A stretch of DNA of 64,000 bases, taken from the NCBI GenBank assembly GCA_000004695.1, contig CM000150.2, positions 32,001 to 96,000 of the forward strand, given 5' to 3'. This document shows positions 58,693-64,000 of this stretch, one piece after another. The translations under genes were made by a program, and so were the position numbers. The DNA comes from Dictyostelium discoideum (taxonomy: Eukaryota). Every line of letters begins with the position of its first letter. Positions within the stretch are counted from its first letter, which is position 1. The notes under the pieces are model-generated. The model was not told the DNA's origin. It saw nothing but the letters and a program-made list of their open reading frames with translations, and searched no databases.

Positions 58693-60530
58693 AAAGAGAT
58701 AGCTTTTATAAAAAATTAATGGATATTACTGGTGAAAAAATAAAATATCCAACAAATGATCCAGATGACCCATGTAAACATTTATGTAACCAAAACCAGA
58801 TGAAATTTTTTATCAAGAAAATAATGAAAATAATGAAAATAATCAAACAATTGATAATGAAGAAAATCATGATACAATTGGGTTGGTACATAGTGAAGAT
58901 GAAAACAATGAAATTATAATGGATCAAAATGAAGCAAACATTAATAATGAAAATAATGAAAATAATGAAAATGAAAATTGTCAAAATGAACCAATAAATA
59001 ATAATCAAAATAATAATATAGATATTGAAAAATCAAAAAAAAAATTAAATGAAACTGAAATTGAATTTTTAATGTTGGGAATTGAAAACTCAATAAGTTT
59101 AAAGCTTCTTGAAAAATTTAAAAGTTTTATTGACAAAAATAAAACTAATTTAAATCAAATAAGATACACACCTCAATATATTGATAAATTATTTATGGAA
59201 GATTTTCAAATAAAAGGAGAAACATTTATAAATAAAAATTATGATCACTCAATTTTTTATTTTGAAATTAAAAAAGTATTAGAAACTTTATTAAATAAAA
59301 AGCAATTTTTTGAAAGAATAGATTTTGATACAGATTTTGAAACTGGAATTTATACAAATTATAAAAGTGGTCAACAATTTAAAGATTTAAAAAATAAAAA
59401 TAAAAATAAAATTGTTTTACTTAGAATATTCACTGATAGTATGCAGTGTCAAAACAAGAAAGATTATACTATAATGCTGGATACAGAAAATTATATTGGA
59501 AATTAATTTAAAAATAATAAATTATTATTATTTGTAGTACCAAATGATTGGTTACTTAATTTCCATCAAACAATTAGGGCATTGTTTTCATCTTTTATTG
59601 GTAATGGCTTTAATTTAATTATTGAAAATGAGCAAATAGATGTTGTACCGTTTGGACTGACAATGGATATTCCAGAATTTAGAGCATCGTGTAAACTTAA
59701 TGGACATAATCCAAATGAATATGCATGTCACACATGTGACAAACCAAGATATGGTTTATTTATTTGCAAATCAGGTACATTAAGAAAACAAGAAGATATT
59801 ACAAATTTTCACTCCACCAAACCAAATTATGCTGAACTAAATGCTGATATAGAATTAAAAAAAGTATGGGAAAAAAAAGCAAAAGATATTGGTATCAAAG
59901 GTGTGGACAGAGGGTGGGTCGAACCCTTGTCCATTAATTATTTAAAAACACAGCCGGACATTTTACATAATATTTTATAAGGTGTCGCACAAAGGTGTTT
60001 AAATTACATTTTTGATAAATATAAAAATAAAATTGCAAATTTTTTAAATAATTTAAAAAATGCAAAAATAATAGATAACAAACCAAAACCAGCAATTTCA
60101 CTATTTGCAAATAAAACAAGGAAAGGAAGAGATAATAGATCAATATTATATTACCTTTTGATGTCAATTAAAAATCAAATATCAAATGATGATTTTTTAA
60201 TTATGGAATAATTAGTAACTATATGTTTTAAATTATACAGTGACTCTTTTGATGAAAATGATTTAAATTCACTTCAAGAATTAATTGAAAGTAAATTTAA
60301 TTACTGAAACAGAAATAATGAATTTCCACTTGTAATTACATTATCCAATTTATATAAAAAATTTAGGTGCTCCAAAATACACTTCAGCTGAAACTTTTGA
60401 AGCACAATTATCAAGAATTAAAAATTATTTAAATAATAATACAAATAATAGGGATGAACAATATGAAAGGGTTTCCAAAGAAAACATGGTGAAATTTTTT
60501 AATTCAGTAGATAAATTAAAAACACAGCGA
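58693..60530 (+). mobile_element. Family-B copy 2: internal transposase-gene fragment (residues ~47-600), frameshifted, lacking both termini
   Basis: ORFs 58883-59506 and 59582-59980 match 37300-38400 at protein level with frame breaks. Confidence 0.6.
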
Positions 60531-60532
60531 TG

Positions 60533-61421
60533 AAAGTTACACCTTTAAAGCAACTTTAAATTAAATTAAAGTGGATTTAAAGTCCTATAAAAAAGTCACT
60601 TAAAAATTAATTTAAAAGCAATTTTTTAAATGACCTTTAAAATCACCTTTAAAATCACCTTTAAAATTACCTTTAAAATCACCTTTAAAATTAACTTTAA
60701 AATGACCTTGAAAATTACCTTTATAATGCTCTTTAAAATTAACTTTAAAATGCCCTTTAAAATTACCTTTATAATGCTCTTTAAAATTACCTTTAAAATG
60801 ACCTTTAAAATGACCTTTAAAATTACCTTTATAATTTTTTTTAAAATTAAGTTTAAAATGCCCTTTAAAATTAACTTTATAATGCTCTTTAAAATTACTT
60901 AAAAATATGATTAAAAACTATATTAATAATTACATTTTAAATCTCCTTAAAAATTGAATTTTAAAGTTTATTAATAATTACATTTAAAAGCACCTTATTA
61001 ATAATGCAAAAATAAATAAAAAAATTTTAAAAATTATTTTAAAACTATAGTATGAAATAAAATTTTATGTGAACAATAAAATACACAGATATATTATTTT
61101 TTAATAATAAAATTTATTTTTAAATTTTAAAAATTATTTAAAACTTTTATTGGGAAGAATTTAAGTAAAGTGCAGAATGAGGAAATTGAAATGCTTCTTG
61201 TGCATCTTTTCTCATTTTAGCCTTAGAGTCAAATTTACTACTAAAATCATTTAATATTGAAATTAATCTCTTTATTAAAGGAACTGAATCTGGGTACCAG
61301 TGTTTCTCTTCACCTGTTTAACAAGAGTCAACAAACTCTTTTATGAAAATATCATTTTGATAATTTTCATAATTAATGTGGCTGAGAAAAAGAGAAAGTA
61401 AAGCAGGGGAAAACTGTATTT

Positions 61422-61471
<50 letters not shown>

Positions 61472-61749
61472 TATTTTGTAAATTTTGATTATATTAATTT
61501 ATACACACAATTTCATTACCAAAAAATACTTGGCTATCGGAAATATAAACTTTAAGATTGTGGTTTTTTTCACCTTTTGAATAAATGGCTAAACTGTCAG
61601 CTACTTTTGTTCTTGTGTTACTATCCTTATTACTTACCCATTTCGTTAACCTTGCAAAAATATTTTGACTGGTACAATCTTCGTTACTACCACCAGCTTG
61701 TTTAATTATTCCAGTAATAAAGAAATTTGAAACCTATTTATTTAAATTA

Positions 61750-61786
<37 letters not shown>

Positions 61787-64000
61787 ATTAATCTGGTAAC
61801 ATACATCGCCATCTGAAAAGTATTTACTTTGACAAACTTTCTGAAGACTTTCGTATTCCAATATGTATTGAAATCATTTTCGCTTTTTCAGTCTGCCCGA
61901 AAATGAAAAAAAATTAAAAAAAATCATTTTTTACATAAAAATGTAAAAATTATGTAAAAAAGTTTTTAATTTTTTGATTTATTATTTTTTGAAGCCGAGA
62001 TTTTATCGTGGCATTTGTAAATTATAAGGTAATTGGTATCATCAATTTGAATTGGTAAAACATTATTTAGAATATTATCATATGTAATATAATTTAATTC
62101 ATTTGAAAGAAAATGGTATTTGTTAAATTGGTCACCAACATATTTGTCAAATAATTTAATAATATTGCATGTTTTATTATGTTATCATCCATTTCAATCA
62201 TTGATATTGAATTGATAATACCTGACCATCTACCTGAAAGTTCATTATCTGATGCAACTTCAACTGCATCACCAACATTGTATATTTCTTTATTATTTTT
62301 AATTGATGAGTGATTATTTATATTTTTATAATTTTGAAATAATGAATCTAATTTAATTTTTATGTTATCTAAATTATCTGGATTTTTTATTTTGTTACCA
62401 ATAATTAAAGCTGTACTTTCAATTTCAATACTTTTTAATTTATCTACTGATTTAAAAAATTTCACCATGTTTAATTTGGTAACCCTTTCATATTGTTCGT
62501 CCCTATTATTTGTATTATTATTTAAATAATTTTTAATTCTTGAGAATTGTGCTTCAAAAGTTTCAGCTGAAGTGTATTTTGGTGCACCCCAATTTTTTAT
62601 ATAAATTGGATAATGTAACAACAAGTGGAAATTCATTATTTCTGTTACTTTAAACATCTTTGCGCGACACCTAATAAAATATGTAAAATGTCTGGTTGTG
62701 TTTTTAAATAATTAATGGACAAGGGTTCGACCCACCCTCTGTCCACACCTTTGATACCAATATCTTTTGCTTTTTTTCCCATACTTTTTTTAATTCTATA
62801 TCAGCATTTAGTTCAGCATAATTTGGTTTGGTGGAGTGAAAATTTGTAATATCTTCTTGTTTTCTTAATGTACCTGATTTGCAAATAAATAAACCATATC
62901 TTGGTTTGTCACATGTGTGACATGCATATTCATTTGGATTATGTCCATTAAGTTTACACGATGCTCTAAATTCTGGAATATCCATTGTCAGTCCAAACGG
63001 TACAACATCTATTTGCTCATTTTCAATAATTAAATTAAAGCCATTACCAATAAAAGATGAAAACAATGCCCTAATTGTTTGATGGAAATTAAGTAACCAA
63101 TCATTTGGTACTACAAATAATAATAATTTATTATTTTTAAATTAATTTCCAATATAATTTTCTGTATCCAGCATTATAGTATAATCTTTCTTGTTTTGAC
63201 ACTGCATACTATCAGTGAATATTCTAAGTAAAACAATTTTATTTTTATTTTTATTTTTTAAATCTTTAAATTGTTGACCACTTTTATAATTTGTATAAAT
63301 TCCAGTTTCAAAATCTGTATCAAAATCTATTCTTTCAAAAAATTGCTTTTTATTTAATAAAGTTTCTAATACTTTTTTAATTTCAAAATAAAAAATTGAG
63401 TGATCATAATTTTTATTTATAAATGTTTCTCCTTTTATTTGAAAATCTTCCATAAATAATTTATCAATATATTGAGGTGTGTATCTTATTTGATTTAAAT
63501 TAGTTTTATTTTTGTCAATAAAACTTTTAAATTTTTCAAGAAGCTTTAAACTTATTGAGTTTTCAATTCCCAACATTAAAAATTCAATTTCAGTTCCATT
63601 TAATTTTTTTTTTGATTTTTCATTATCTAAATTATTATTAAGATTATTATTTATTGGTTCGTTTTGAGCATTTTCATTTTCATTATTTTCATTATTTTCA
63701 TTATTAATGTTTGCTTCATTTTCATCTATTCTAATTTCATTGTTTTCATCTTCACTATGTACCAACCCAATTATATCATGATTTTCTTCATTATCAATTG
63801 TTTGATTATTTTCATTATTTTCATTATTTTCTTGATAAAAAATTTCATCTTGGTTTTGGTTACATAAATGTTTACATGGGTCATCTGGATCATTTGTTGG
63901 ATATTTTATTTTTTCACCAGTAATATCCACTAATTTTTTATAAAAGCTATCTCTTTTTTGATTATTTGTAATAATTTTATTTTGTTCATTTTTACATTTT
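60533..64000 (-). mobile_element. Family-B copy 3 (inverted), running off the window end: inner terminus unit (60533-60600), GGTGATTTTAAA repeats (60630-60900), second-gene remnant (61147 to about 61905, exon 1 largely deleted but middle exon retained), frameshifted transposase (62094-63930)
   Basis: 60533 CACAGCGATGAAAGTTACACCTTTAAAGC is the reverse complement of 40779-40807. ORFs 62094-62657, 62704-63066 and 63142-63930 match the family-B transposase. Confidence 0.6.

Overview
AT-rich, intron-containing eukaryotic sequence of social-amoeba (Dictyostelium-like) type: a repeat-dense 'transposon graveyard', plausibly centromere-proximal. Over half of the window is DIRS-1-type tyrosine-recombinase retroelements: 12 copies or fragments in both orientations, nested into each other without target-site duplications. 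The copies at 13655-18478 and 41927-46905 have all three ORFs open. Other elements are a degenerate Ty3/gypsy pol fragment (5699-7884) and a Harbinger/PIF-like transposase pseudogene (about 4101-5533). Most notable are two related families (A and B) of two-gene DNA transposons. Their ~820-aa proteins carry CACTA/EnSpm (TnpD/Tnp2-like) signature motifs and an N-terminal zinc finger. The elements have CACAG-type termini and tandem subterminal repeat arrays. The one intact copy (30506-36400) has ~0.6-0.75-kb inverted arms, and a 3-exon second gene is conserved between the families. These families have ~0.75-kb MITE-like derivatives that carry a tRNA-like module; one is inserted into a DIRS ORF1. 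Two compositionally foreign (higher-GC) islands abut DIRS copies. The first is a ~1.9-kb prokaryote/phage-like segment with a P-loop terminase-like ORF, a Shine-Dalgarno-like motif and stop/start coupling; it is split precisely by a full-length DIRS-1. The second is a ~0.95-kb segment (40977-41926) with a degenerate zinc-ribbon/ankyrin ORF and tRNA-like sequences. No rRNA genes, CRISPR arrays or confidently foldable tRNA genes were found. All domain assignments are by eye from motifs, with no database searches run.
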